Assembly (NCBI RefSeq): GCF_963921235.1
Contig: NC_086097.1
Coordinates: forward strand, 164,674,001 to 164,738,000
Source: Mobula hypostoma
Lineage: Eukaryota
Length of the DNA: 64,000 bases
Direction of reading: 5' to 3'
In this document: positions 11,961-26,609 of the stretch, piece after piece
How positions within the stretch are numbered: position 1 is the stretch's first letter
Layout of the letters: the number at the start of each line of letters is the position of its first letter
Position numbers and translations under genes: made by a program
The notes under the pieces: model-generated
What the model was told of the DNA's origin: nothing
The model's input: only the letters and a program-made list of their open reading frames with translations
Database searches by the model: none

Positions 11961-12046
11961 AACATACATCAAAGTTGCTGGTGAACGCAGCAGGCCAAGC
12001 AGCATCTATAGGAAGAGGCGCAGTCGACGTTTCAGGCCGAGACCCT
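11961..12046 (-). mobile_element. 86-bp Penelope-terminus insertion
   Basis: 14-bp TSD TATAAGCATTAGGC (11947-11960, 12047-12060); minus strand agggtctcggcctgaaacgtcgactg...gatgctgc. Confidence 0.85.
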
Positions 12047-12109
12047 TATAAGCATTAGGCGTTGGTCATTATACTATACATGTTGACTGTTATGATCTAC
12101 CTCAAGAAG

Positions 12110-12478
12110 GTGACAATAATCATCAAGGATCCCCGCCATCCGGATCATGTAAACATCTCGCTGCTGCCATCAGGCAGGCGGTACAGAGGCCTGAGATTCA
12201 TGAACAGCTCAGTTCCTAAAACCATCAGGTTCTTGAACTGACCTACACAACCCTAATTTCTACCTTAGCAACAGAACACTAAGGACACCTCTAGAACTAC
12301 TGTGCACTTGTGTTTGCACTCATGTTTTGTTTTGCACTATTTTGTAGAATATACAGTATGTGTAATTTACGTATTGTGCATTGTCTGAACCTACGTGCCT
12401 GTTATTCTGCTGGAAGCAAACCTTTTCATAGTACTTGTACCTCACTTTTAGTTTTACCACTGACCATAAACTCTACTT
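12110..12478 (+). mobile_element. Rex1/Babar-like LINE 3' fragment
   Basis: catcatcaaggatccccgccatccgg...ctgccatcaggcaggcggtacagaggcctga is the reverse complement of the minus-strand Rex/Babar copies. Confidence 0.65.
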
Positions 12479-12973
12479 GCCTAAACTACACACCTAAACT
12501 ACTCACGCATTGACTAAATGTGTAAAAAGATACATATTTAGAGTGGGGTAGCTGATGGCTAATGTTGATGGCTTAACTGTCAGAAACATAAAAACTGTCA
12601 TTAATTGCAGCTTTTGAAAAGGAATGGCTTTTTAATAAAGAGGTCATGTGAGTGTCAACTTCACTCAATAAGATGGGGGAGAGTACCTGCATTGAGATAA
12701 GCTGAAATGGTAAAACTAACCTGGAAATGATTTGACAGAAATGACCTAGAGGTTATTTACAGGGATGCACCCCAGGGTGAAAATTATTTTAATGGCTACA
12801 AAAATTTTGAAATTATGGTTCTGCTGCTGTTTGTATGTACAATTATTGTACATAGATTAAATGATAGATTAGATTAGTTAGATTAATGCATAGATTAGAT
12901 TAAAAATAACTGTTAACATGCACACAATTGACGTATTCATTTGACACTTCACCTATTTCAAATGAGGCGTGAA

Positions 12974-13338
12974 ATCAGACTCAGGTTTAAAATCACTGGC
13001 ATATGTTGGTAAATTTGTTGTTATGCGACAACGATACATTGCAATACACAATAGAAACTGAAAAGCATTAAAAAATTAAACTAAATAAGTAGTACAAAAA
13101 GAGAAATAAAAGTTAGTGAGGTAGTGTTCAATGTCTATTCAGAAATCTGATGGCAGAGGGGAGGAAGCTATTCCTGAATCATTGAGTGTGTGCCTTCAGG
13201 CTCCTGTACCTCCTCCCTGATGGTAGCAATGAGAAGAGGGCAGGTCCAGGGTGATGGGGGTCTTTAATGATGGACGCCGCCTTTTTGAAGCAGCGCTTCT
13301 TGAAGATGTCCTGGATACTCGGGAGGCTAGTGCCCATG
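12974..13338 (-). mobile_element. Rex1/Babar-like LINE 3' fragment
   Basis: atcagactcaggttt tail and ctgatggcagaggggaggaagctattcctga, shared with 48054-48500. Confidence 0.75.
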
Positions 13339-13448
13339 TTTATAATAAACCTTTATAAAAAGGGATGATAATTATGGCTTTTTGATTTTCCAAGCTGCTA
13401 TCTCTGATCTTTTCTTCACTAAAGCACTTTGCCATTTGTATCTTACAG

Positions 13449-13508
13449 AGCTCTTTGAAGAGAAGGGGAAGCCGGGAGTTCTACAAGGATAAGAAAAGTG
13501 CTGCTCAG
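13449..13508 (+). CDS. MTCL1: MTCL1/SOGA2-like coding exon (60 nt, SSLKRRGSREFYKDKKSAAQ)
   Basis: tcttacag|AGC acceptor and CAG|gtaaca donor; open frame; splices in frame to 22291 giving ...[20 protein letters not shown], matching the recalled SOGA-family segment SLKRR...KK...Q-xDSADL. Confidence 0.88.
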
Positions 13509-15229
13509 GTAACATATGCCCCACTCTACTAAGTTAAACTCACTTTATTAAGGATATTTAATTCAATTTAGACTTCTTAATAATTCCATTCAGTTATTCA
13601 TTTTTTTTATTGAACAGCCACTTTCTTAAGCAGATAACTTTTAAAATATGCTTTCAAACATTTTATCCTTATTGTATATAATTTTGTGTCGTTGGTGAGC
13701 ACTGCTTCATAAATCACCTCAAGGAATGCTGGGAGAAGGAAGAGGTGAGAACAATAGCACAGGATAGTTAAAAAGTAACATCTTGCAGGATTTCCGAATT
13801 GCCATTTTTACCACACTATGCAGCAGAAAAATGGATTCTCCCTGCACACCAGCTTCTTCCATCCCAACCTATCCGCATTCTGATAGTTAAAAACATAAAC
13901 AAGATCTGGAAATCTTGAATGGGACATGGCAAGTCCTGGTTACAGGAGAAAATTGAAGAAGAAAGCTATTCAACTTAGCTTATTTGAACAAATTATGCTC
14001 CTCAAATTGGATCATACAGCTGGTTCTTGCATTTCTATTAGTCTGCCAAAAAGTACAATTTGATTGTTTCATATGAAGAAGAATTTTATGATACCTAACT
14101 CAGTTCAAAATGGACTCTCTTTGAAAAATGGGATCTCCTTTTGGATAGTGGACATATCCCTTTTATAATAGCTAAATAGATAGAACAAAACTCAGACAAA
14201 CTATAAAGGCTGCCCTTTTGACATTGAATGCCCTTTACAGTGGATGAATCAGTTGCCTTGGCATAAGGTAAATATGAATTGGCAAATTTGATATCATTGG
14301 AATCCCTTAAGTGTGATTAACATTATAAGATTTTACAATGGCCTTTAGTATATCTTGAAGTGTTTCATCAGGTTTATGAAATTGTGATATCAGGATTATA
14401 GATCACAGAGACAATTTTGGAAATTCAATTAGTCATCCCTGCAATATCTCCAAATACAATCAGCAGAACCTTTCTGATAGTGATTTGAATTTAAGTTCCA
14501 ATATACACTTCTGTAAGATACTTGAAGGCATCAAGATTACACTGTCTGTTCTGTATTTAATGCAAGGACTCAAAGGCAAATGGTCACACTGCTTAATAAT
14601 CCTTGTGGAGAGATAAAGATCCTATTGGCTTGATAACGCATGAATTTTGTAGGTAGGCTCGCCTTTCAGTCCTGTTGGACTCTCTCCTCCAAGACACCAT
14701 TGGCTTTGTCAAACTGGCAAGAGAAGCCATCATTGATAGTACTTTCCTTCAAGGGAATGCTCCTAAGGTAGCAGAATTTGCCCAGGATCTTAAATGATAT
14801 ATCATTAATCAAACAGCAAATGATATGGTTGGAAGATTGAATATGAACTGAATAATGACTTTAGTGTTTTCTAATTTAATTGTAGGGGCAAAAAGCATTG
14901 TTGCTCAAGGTAAAGCAATTGGATAGCAACAAAATGATCCTGAGATTGTAGCCAAATAACACCCAATCATGTGCAAAGTCTATGTCTCACATGACTGAGC
15001 TATTACATTTAAAGATACCATAATCAGTGCGATATCAAAAATACATCCTTGTCACAGCTCCTGATCTTTCCAAGCAGGCCATTGAGAATATTGTGCTCAA
15101 CAGGGTTGGGAGCCAAAAGCCAAACACACTGAATCATAGAGTAGTAGTGCAATACAGTCCAGCGAATCCATGTAACCATGGTGCCCACCCAGTTTCCTGC
15201 ATTCAGTCCATATCCCTCAAACCTCACTG

Positions 15230-15720
15230 AATGACATTATTGTTCCTGCCTCAACCACTTCCTCTGCCAGCTCATCCCATGTAGTCACGTCCCTCCGCAT
15301 GAAAAAGTTGCCTTTCACATCCCTTTAAAATCTTCCTCCTGTCACTTTAAATCTATGCCCCCTAGTTTTGGACTCCCTAGCATGGGAAAAGGTTGGTGCC
15401 CTCCATCTTACCTGTGCCTCATAATTTAAAATATTTCTTTAAGGTCACCCCTCATTCTCCTGTGTTCCAAGATATAAAGACCTAACCTGGCCAGCTTCTC
15501 CCTGTAACTCAGGTCCTCTCGCCCTTGCAAAGTCCTCGTAATTTTTTTCTGCACTATTTCCAGTTCAAACATGTTTTTCCTGTGACAGGGTGTTGAAACC
15601 TGTACAGTACTCCAAGTGCAAACTCACCAGTGCCTTATACAACTGCAGCACGATGACCCAACTCCTATACCCAATACCCTGACTAATGAAGTCCCTTTTC
15701 ACCACCCTGTCTACCTGTAA
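15230..15720 (-). mobile_element. CR1 LINE 3' fragment
   Basis: homologous to 44850-45300 (cctcaaccacttcctctgccagctcatccc...aactgcagcacgatgacccaactcct). Confidence 0.7.
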
Positions 15721-16116
15721 CATCACGTGATATCAGTAGATCAACAAACCAGTATACAATTGGCATATGATGTCCTTGATTCGCACATAATTTATGGAGA
15801 ATGTTCCAATTGTGCGTCACAGCAAACAGGACTGAACGTCTTTCCCACATCAACAACAGACAGAGCGATGTAGATGCTATTTGCTATATACTGTATTTCC
15901 AGAATTGGCAGGTTCAGGTGTGATCTGTGACTGGCTCATAAATACATTGGATTTCTAGAGAGCTATTTTCCACCAGTTCTTATGGTACAGTAGGACAGTG
16001 ATTGTGTTAATAATAATAATGATCATGTTACTGAACTAGTAATCAAGAAACCTGGACATATCACACAATGACAAAGGTTAAAATCCAACCATAGCAACTG
16101 GGGCTTAAAATTCAGC

Positions 16117-16641
16117 TGTACCTCTTGTTTTGGCTGGTGGCTTAATATAGGGGGTGATAGCCCCCATCCCGGCCAAACTTAAGAAATCTCGTTTAGGTGG
16201 TTGCTGCGCGATGTGTCCCCTGTTATAAATCATTACCCCAAAATAACAAACAGTACACAACATGTGATTAAACGATTAAGCTTTATAATTCTTACTGTGA
16301 TTGTATGGTTAGTAAGGAAAATGAAAAAAAAAGAAAAAGGGCCCAATCTTATTAAGCTGTCTATTTTGCAATGCTGGAGCTCACTGATGAGCCGATCGTC
16401 CACCATCGACCTCCTCCGATCGTCACTGCCCTTCGGACCCTCGCTCCAAGTCCACCCCATACAGCGGTGTACCAACTCTCTCCATTTGCGTCTTCTCTCC
16501 TCATCTCCCCGCGGCAAAAGAACACGAAAATCTCTCTTCCAAACTCACCAGAAGAAACAACAGCATTCCAACCCCCGTTATCTCTAGTCATAACCCAAAC
16601 ATTGCTGCTACATTATCAGTGAAACCTTACAGCATGTTACA
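16117..16641. mobile_element. Solo LTR (525 bp, second family) inserted in an old tRNA-SINE
   Basis: TGTA...TACA termini with exact 4-bp TSD CAGC (16113-16116, 16642-16645); CpG-rich interior. Confidence 0.75.
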
Positions 16642-16709
16642 CAGCTATGTATCATTACAAGCTGTTGTCATCTAATGCAGAGCCATTGCACTATGGTTGA
16701 CTATTCATT

Positions 16710-17370
16710 GCCACAAGACCATAAGGCATAGGTGCAAAATTAAACCATTTGACCCAACGAGTCTGCTCCAGCATTCCATCATGACTGATTTATTATCGCT
16801 CTCAACCCCATTCTCCCACCTTCTCCTTGTACCCTTTGACACTCTGACTAATCAAGAACATATCAACCTCTGCTTTAAATATACCCAATGACTTGGTCTC
16901 CACAGCCATCTATGGCAATGAATTCCACAGATTCACACCCTCTGGCTAAAGAAATTCCTCCTCATCTCTGTTCTGTTAACCCTATCTTTCCCAGGATCAT
17001 TCTCTTAAACCTCTTCTGGACCCTCTCCAATCCTAGCACATCCTTTCTAGATAAGGGGCCCAGTTCTGATCTCAATACGCCAAGAGCAATCTGGCTAATG
17101 CCTTATAAAGCCTCAGCATTACATCCTTACTTTTATATTCGAATCCTCTGGAAATAACTACTAACATTACATTTGTCTTCCTTACCACAGACTTAGCCTG
17201 CAAGTTAATCTATAGGGAATCCTGCACAAGCAATCCCCAGTCTCTTTTCACCTCTGATTTCTGAATTCTGTCCCTGTTTATAAAATAGTGTACATCTTTA
17301 TTCCTTCTACCAAAATGCATGACTATACACTTCCCTACACTATATTCCATCTGCCACTTTTTTGCCCAAG
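16710..17370 (-). mobile_element. CR1 LINE 3' fragment
   Basis: begins with cacaagaccataagg tail; reverse complement of the CR1 3' end seen at 39400-39674. Confidence 0.75.
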
Positions 17371-18714
17371 CAACTGACTGTTGATTGAGGTTGATTATTC
17401 AGTTGTCAGAGGAAGAAAGAGGCAAGAATTTTGGCTGCTGCTAACAGATGCAAACCACACTTGTGGCACAGTGCATTGATTGCATCTTTGAAATCTCACA
17501 CACTCTGAAACGTTGTTGTAAAGGGAAAAGAGTCTGCTGTGATGTCTGTGGCACTATGCCACAGTGAGTTTTGACTTTTCTTTTATTCCCAGCCTTCTAA
17601 TGTTCTTGAATTACAAGATAATTACACACATCCAAATTACTGTATGCTCTCTTGTCCACCTGCTTGTCTCAATCTTCAGTGTCAGCTGGTTTGCTTACTC
17701 ACAGCTGCCTGACCTTCGCGACAACTGAGACATCCCTTCCATAGCTGCTTCTTCAATGCCAAGCTACAAGTTTGGAGGCGAAGGGCAGAAGTAATCTTGC
17801 TTTAGCCCGCTGCTTCAGCAGAACTGCCAACTTCAAAGTCAGCTGAGCCACTGATATCTTTTTAAACTGCCTTTCTATTCTGAAGCCAAGTGAAATGTCA
17901 ACAGCCCTAATTGCATGAACTTCTGTAATGGACAAAATTTCTAACATAAATTGAGCAAATAGATAACACCACTACAACTCTGGCTCCATTATAAAGGTTA
18001 AATGTCTATGAATAAATTAACATTCTGAATTCAGAATACAATAACTAAACAAATGGTATCTCTTTTACATAATAACAAATTGTAGACATTAATATAATTT
18101 CATTTAATTGGATTATTGTTCGTTGATTTATTGTTGATTATCTGACAGTTCAAATATTTAAGGCTGAGTCTTATGCCAAGGAACTTCTAAAAGTTGATTG
18201 CTTGTCTGCACTGATCAACTTAGTCTTAGCCAAGTTTTACTGTTTGTTAACACTGTTCAGTGAACTTAATCAGGAAATGTGAATAGAATTACATTCCCAG
18301 TTGCCTTTTGAGTCATCCATGATAGACTAAGAGTCAACATGGGCACGATTGGACATTGATGCAGAAACTTTTATGCATCATGAAGATCTGGTTGCTTAAG
18401 TGGTTAGTGTTTGTGGCAGCATGCCCCATCTAGTAAACATCCATAGGGGAGAAAACTGCCGGTAAGGTTAAAATAAAGAGCATTAACTTGAGTCCACAAC
18501 TATGAAGCCAGTTTAATGTGCGTTACTTTATGGTTTGTTGAACTTTTATTGTTTGACTTTAAAGCTTCAAAACAAATTTGCAATGATGCCTACAGTTTGA
18601 AAGTATTTCATTGGTTGTAAAGGGTCCTGGAATGTACAGAGGTCAAGAAAAGTGACTCCATCCATGAAGTTACACAAAGAAATTTCCACTCAGTCTATCT
18701 GCTACCTGCCACTG

Positions 18715-19620
18715 TCAATATTCGAATAGGGAATGCAAGTGAGATATTGGCCTTCATCGCAAGAGAAATGGATGTGCAAATGTAGAGAATTCTTGTTACA
18801 CTGATATAAGCATTGACCAAGCCTGGTGTATCAAGCATAGCTTTGATATCCTTATTTATGGGAATGGTTGTCTTGGAAGCAGTACAAAGTTTCATTAGAC
18901 TCATTCTTGGGAACATGGAATTGTGATGAGGAATAATCAACTGCATGGCTGCATGCACCTTGGAGATTTAAAACATATAAGATTCTGTGAGTGGCTGAGG
19001 GCTTTATAGGGTAGATACTATGAAGATGTTCCCCTAGTAAGAGAATCTAGAGTAAGGGTTAATGTCTCATTAACAAGGGTTGTCACATCCAAGTCTGATA
19101 TAGAGGAGAAATTTAGAAACTTCATGACACAGCATCACATAATTTTTCCCATTGTGTCAGTGCCAGTCAAGAAGAGATACCCAGCCTAATACCACCTTCC
19201 AGCACTGGGTCCCTGCAGGGTATGGCTACCATCCTTTCAAATAATGAGTTCCAGAGTCCTACCTCCTCTGTCTCCTGGAGTACTTAGTTCTGCTTTAAAT
19301 CTGTGACCCCGGTTTTATTTTGCTAAGGATAATCAATTGATCCAGTAGAGTTCCATGTCCTTTTTGTAATTTTATATGTGAAGAGATGAGATCACAGGGA
19401 TTTGTGATTCTTTGGAATTCTCTACCTTAAAATAGTGTGGATGCTGAATTGCTAAGTACATTGAAGATTGACGTTGAGACTTTTTGGACTATTGGGAAAC
19501 AAGGGTTATGGTATTCAAGTAAGAAGGTTCAGTTGGGACAGCAGTCAGCTAAACCTCGGTCTTACTGACTGGCAAAGCAGGTCTGATGAGTTATTTGACT
19601 TATCCTTTTTGCTGTTTCTG
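18715..19620 (+). mobile_element. Old fragmented CR1 3' region
   Basis: atattggccttcatcgcaagag..., ctttggaattctctacc... and aagggttatgg pieces, with an internal opposite-strand piece near 19115-19380. Confidence 0.55.
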
Positions 19621-20164
19621 GACAGATTCACATTGATACTGGCTTCAGGAAGCACCTGAGACAAGTATGCTTTGTACACTATGTAGTTCTCACTACACTG
19701 AAAAGTTAGCTATCCTCAAGTCATGGAAATGCTAGAATTACTGGACTTACCCGGGAAATCTGGCAAGCTGCTACAGTCTGCAGTCATAAACATGAAATGG
19801 CTGGGGCAAAAGGTATAACTTGGAAACTTATCCAACATTAAATCCGGACTTTTATGAGATATGTGCAATACCAGCCTCACCAATGAAGCTTGGCAATAGG
19901 CAGGATTGGGACCAGGACAAGTATGAGAAAAGCAGAATCTTAAACTTTATTTGCTGTTTCCAATATCATATAAATGAAGAAGTCAGTAATGATGATGCCT
20001 GTCAATCCACTGTTACTGCTCCACAAGTCAAACAATCCATCTGAACGTATGTAATCAGCTTGTAACCTCACCCAGTCTTCAGTCTGGACTTGCAAATTCA
20101 GGAAATTTACACAGTGCTGCTGGATTATTTTCAATGAATCTAACCTGTTGTTAGCCATGATTCA

Positions 20165-20345
20165 GATAGCAGCTCGCTGTCTCCAAATCAGAAGGGACTT
20201 GGTTTGTCAAAATTCAGAGCACTCTGAAGATTTACAGTAAATCCTTTTAAGGAGTGCTACATTGTTGAAGATGCTCATCAGATGAGGTGTTAAACTGAGG
20301 ACCAGTTGTTTCTCTCAGGTGGCTGTAAAAGATCCTAAAATACTG
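20165..20345 (+). mobile_element. DeuSINE-like (SacSINE1/AmnSINE-related) remnant
   Basis: gatgaggtgttaaactgaggaccagttgtttctctcaggtggctgtaaaagatcc resembles the recalled Deu-domain core; related remnant at about 62300-62440. Confidence 0.6.
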
Positions 20346-22266
20346 TGGGTGGGTGGATGCAGTTATCATTTCTAAAGCAGAGCGTCTGGTTATTACCACC
20401 TCTAAGTCAACAATGACTATATCTATAAAGTACTCCACTGCCTCTAAGTTTTATGGTGTACTGAAGAGAAGGTGAATAAATGCCAGTCATACTCTCTTTG
20501 AGGCCACAGTTCCTCTCATTAATATTACCTCTGCTTTTCACTTCCCTTATCCAATGGGAGAGGAGCTTATTACTAGGTCACAGCCAACACAAGGCTCAAT
20601 CAGTCCTTCAAATGTCTGCTGGAGTCACCACCTGATCTTCAGATCTTCCATGCACAGACTGAAAAGTGGACCAAGCTTATTAAAATCTTAAGCTCATGCC
20701 AGTCCAGCAGAGATGTGAAGCTATATTGGTGCCATTTCTGCTTTTTCCTTCTATGGAGGAACCTGTTTGCCAGCATGAGCTCCCAGGTTAGTTTGCAAAG
20801 GAGAAAATTATAACCCAGGATTGACGTGCCTGCTGGCTGTTTATCGATCGCTGCAAATGAGACATGTGACGGCTAGGCTTTGGTGGCCCATTTGTATAAA
20901 ATATTTAAAATTACAGCCACTCATTGTGCCTACTAAGCTATGGAACAATGATGTGGGATGGAGAGCATTTCCATAAGAGTTGATTACAATATTTTTAAAG
21001 CTTGATTTTAATATTTTCCTTATTAAATTTTGAGAATCAACCTTCCTATGAGGCATTGCAATTTTCAGATGGAAAATAGCTATTTTGAACTATCCTTTAT
21101 TAATTTTACTTTTTCAATTAATTAGACCACGCTAAGTCACTGGTAATGGCATTATTAACTTGGTACAAGTGTAGTTCAAGGCTTTGTTTTGGTAGAGTAA
21201 TAATTTTATAATGCACCAATGTTAGAAGTGCTACATAAATGCATTATTTTAGAGCAAATTGTTACTTGATTTACAGCTTGTCAATCTACATGTTATATCC
21301 CCTGTCCTGTGGAGGAAATGCCTGGTTCAGTTTACTTTATAGTTATCTTACAAAGTTAATCAAAATGGAACATGCACAAAAAAGAATAGGTGTCAATGTT
21401 TCAAGTATATTGCATGAACAAGAAATGGGCTGAAGTAGGATCATGTTGCAGAGTAAATTAGCTGTAAAGTACATTGGTGTGTTCTGTTGCTGTTTTATGG
21501 TTTATTGATCCAAGCCAATGTCTTCTCTTATTTGTGTCTCTTCCGGTGGTTAATTTAGAAAAAAGGGCCTTGAAGTGTTTTGGGGGTACTTTGGGTTGAG
21601 ACGTTAGAGGCCAATATTTTAATGTGTGTAAATTGACTTCCTTGGTGCATGAATGTAAAAAAAATATTCTTATCATTTGTTTAAGGTATTGTGATTCTTT
21701 AAACAACCTTTAGACTATAAAAGTACGTACAGTATTTGAGCATCCCAGTGTGGTTTTAGGAAACATTCATTTGATTTTCCTTCTGTTTGAATATATGAAA
21801 ATTATATACGTGAGTTTGCACCTTCTTAATATCACTTCCTGAGGGTCAGGGTGCCTGACCACAGATTCAGCCCTTGTTTGCATTTGAGTTCAGTAGGAGA
21901 ATGGTTAATCCTACCAGACGCCCAGTCCCTCATCCAGTTTATAAAAAAGTAAATACTGATTATCCAATGGAATTAGTTTCTACTTTCCAAGCATTGGGGA
22001 ATGTAAATTCATTGACTTAAATTAATAAATTTAGTAAAATTTCTTGAATAGTGTCCACAAAAGTCTGCTACTCCCTCTTTAAACTCTTAAGTACCCTCTG
22101 AAAGGCCCCACAAGGGGCTCAGTTTGAGAGGGGGCATTTTAACATTGCCAAGTGACACTTACACCAAGTAAGCTCTTGTTCCAGAAAGGCGAGAAACTTG
22201 GTGCATTCAGTTTTCATCCCTAATCTTCGGGTAAATTTTGGGAAAGGGTGCATTAAACTGGTATAA

Positions 22267-23631
<1,365 letters not shown>

Positions 23632-23849
23632 TAACCTTTTTTTTTTGTTTTGTTTTGCTTCCTTACTGAGCTTGAACCCAAACTGCACTAAAGTATCAAC
23701 TAAATGCATTCTGAAATCAGCTCATGAATTTTGATGTGAAGCCTCAACAAATTTGGGAAAGGTATTAGAATGGCTACTAAACCCTAGGCTGGTTTAAACG
23801 ATGTTGAGTTTGCCCATTAGAGGAGGTTGACTCTGTTATTTATCGACTT

Positions 23850-24230
23850 TCAATGAGGAAATCTCATTAAAATTTACAAAATTCTTGTAATATTGGACAG
23901 GAAGGGTGCCAGATGTTTTCCCTGACTGAAGAGTCTAGAACTATGGATCTCTGGGAATGAGCAGTGGGATATTGAGGACTGAAATTAGAAATACCTGAGT
24001 GCATTGAGTGGTGAATCTTTGGGACTCTCTTCCCCAGAGGTCTGTGGAGGCTCAGTCATTGAGTTAATTGAAAACAGAGTTTATTAATTTCTTGCTAATC
24101 AGGGAATTGGAAAATGTGGGGATCATGCAGGCAAATGCTGTAGTGAGGCAGAATATTAGCGATGAACTTGATGAATGCCGAAAAAGATATATTATCTAAT
24201 TCTGTTCCTAATTCACCTTTTTCTCTGTAG
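23850..24230 (+). mobile_element. Old CR1 3' fragment
   Basis: gagtctagaact...gtggtgaatctttgggactctcttccccagaggtctgtggaggctcagtcattgagt. Confidence 0.6.
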
Positions 24231-25559
24231 GCAGGCTAACAAAAACAGGTTCTAATAAGCCGTGCTTTTAACACATGATTTGCAAAAACTAGCTGTGTTA
24301 TGATATTGACTCAAATCAAGTTCAAGGTTTTATTTTAAGAACAGTAATAACCTATTTTAAAGTTTTGTTTCACTGTAGGTCGTGCATTTAAAATTTCCCT
24401 TCACCATTACAAACAAAAATGAGTATAGAAATTCTGAGTTTAGCCCCTAGCCTTTCTTTTCATTTCAGTGTGGCGACGGTCTGAATGATCGCTGTAAGAA
24501 AATGACTCTTACTTAATGCCAATTTCAGAGAAGAGCACCTTTAAGTTCACTTCCCTCTCCCATGCTCCAGGAAAATGATTGGTTAATTATGGTGACAGTT
24601 TTGGGTAGAACATCTTTCTCGTCCACCTGCACTAAATATAGACGTACCGTTTTGTACATGTTTCCAGAATTCAGTTCCATTAATTTCAAACTGAACCTGG
24701 TACAATGCAGGGCCTCCCTGATAAAATTGTGTAGGAATAATTTTTTTCTCTCATTAGTGCCAAAACCCAGTCCAGACAAAGCACCTTGACCTGAAATATT
24801 GACTGTTCATTTCCCTCGTGTGTGACCTGCTGAGTTCCTCCACCATGCCTTCTATTGTGCCAAATAATGTCTTTGACATTGTGGCTGACACAACAGCCAG
24901 AATTTAGGCTAAAGGGGGTGGGAAAAGCAAAAGAGAAGCTGCAGATACTAGAAATCTGAAATATAAATGGAAAATACTTAACATGTTCAGTAACATTTTT
25001 GGAGAGAGAAGGAGATCGAGTTACCATGTCAGATCACTGATCTTTTGTCAGAACTAAGAAAAGATTGATATCAAGTATGCATAAATTGCAAAGAAGTCAT
25101 GGGATAAAGAGGTCAAATGGAATGTTTGTGATAGGATAGAAAGCACAAGAGACTGAAAGACGCTAATGGGGATGCATACTAAAAAAAAGTGCGTGAAGGC
25201 TTGTTAATAACAGATGATCTATCTGCAAATAGAAGATGAATGAAAGCAGAGAAATAGAGAGAAAGAAAGGGAGAAACAATGCTGGAACGTAATGTAAAAC
25301 TCCAGGGAAGCAAAACATTGCCAAGTGCTAGAATTCTGAAATATAAACTAAGTATACCAGAAATATTTTGTGGGTCAGGAACGATCTTTGAAGAGGAGTA
25401 AACAGTTTTCAGGTTAATGACCTTTCATTGGAGCTAGCCAGTTCTGATAAAACGTAAAAGGCTGTTAATCAAAAGTTGTTGAATACCCTCTCCAGAATTA
25501 TAGTTCTCCAAACTCTGCGGATAGCTTAGTAATCCATATCCATTACAAACACAAAGACT

Positions 25560-26345
25560 CCCCCAACTATCTTAACCACTTTGCTTCCTCTGAAAGTTCC
25601 AAGTCTCTATGGTTTCTTCATATCATTTCTAAAGAAGATCGGGGTAGGGTGTCCATTGTCCTCACCTTCTTTCCCATTAGCCTACACATTGAGTCAACCA
25701 CTTGATAACCTCTGCTACAATCACCTCTTCCCTTCCCCCTCAAGCAATCTCAATGGACCATCCTCTCCATGATACTATGATTCACTATCACGTCTGCACC
25801 AACATGCACTCCTCGCGTGCCTTCCCATGCAACTTCAGAAGATGCAGCACTTGACCTCTTCTCTCCTTCCCTTCTCAACATCTGCAGACCCAAACACTAC
25901 TTCTGGATGCAATACTTTTTGATTTCAACATCTGTCAATTTAGCAGGCTGTTTTTGATGCTCCTCTGCCAAATGCAGATTGTATAATTCTTTGCAGAACC
26001 CAACCACTCAGTCTGCATTGGAGATGATGAGCTTACAGTTATCTGTTGCTTTGAATCTCCACCCCACTTCCTGTATGATATCTCTGTCTTTGCCTCCTAT
26101 ACTTGCAACCTAGCCCAAAGCTAGCTTGAAGACCCCGCCTCACCCTCAGGCTGGGCTCATTATGGCTCTTATGCTGGATTTAGCAATTTGAGAAAATTAC
26201 TCTTTCCAATTTATATCAGAACTGACTGGTTATGGGGAAAGATCATCAACTTGAATAATTAACTGTTTTTCAATTTTCACAGGTGCTGCCTGACCTTCTA
26301 AATATTTATAGCTTTGTTTGTTCTTATTTCACATTTCCAGCATTG
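25560..26345 (+). mobile_element. Highly decayed Penelope-like fragment (endonuclease region plus terminus)
   Basis: patchy similarity to 31000-31940 and terminal ggtgctgcctgaccttc...tttccagcatt. Confidence 0.55.
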
Positions 26346-26447
26346 GCAGTGATTGCTTCCCCAGTATTTTGTTGCACGCATTTCTCGCATTGCTTTTCAT
26401 CCTTTGCTTTTTCTCTTCTATCTTCATTCATTGCCTTCTGTTTATAC

Positions 26448-26527
26448 CAGGGGTCCCCAGCCTTTTTTTTTCCCTGGACCTGTACTATTAAGCAAGGGGT
26501 CTGTGGACCCCAGGTTGGGAATCCCTG
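26448..26527. mobile_element. 80-bp hAT-Charlie (MER5-like) MITE
   Basis: TIRs caggggtccccagcc and ggttgggaatccctg; imperfect 8-bp TSD gtttatac/atttgtac. Confidence 0.7.
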
Positions 26528-26609
26528 ATTTGTACCTCCTTGAAACCAACCAGCTGCATTTACCAAGCCTTTACTATCACTTCTCACCAGCATCGACCTT
26601 GTGTCATTC

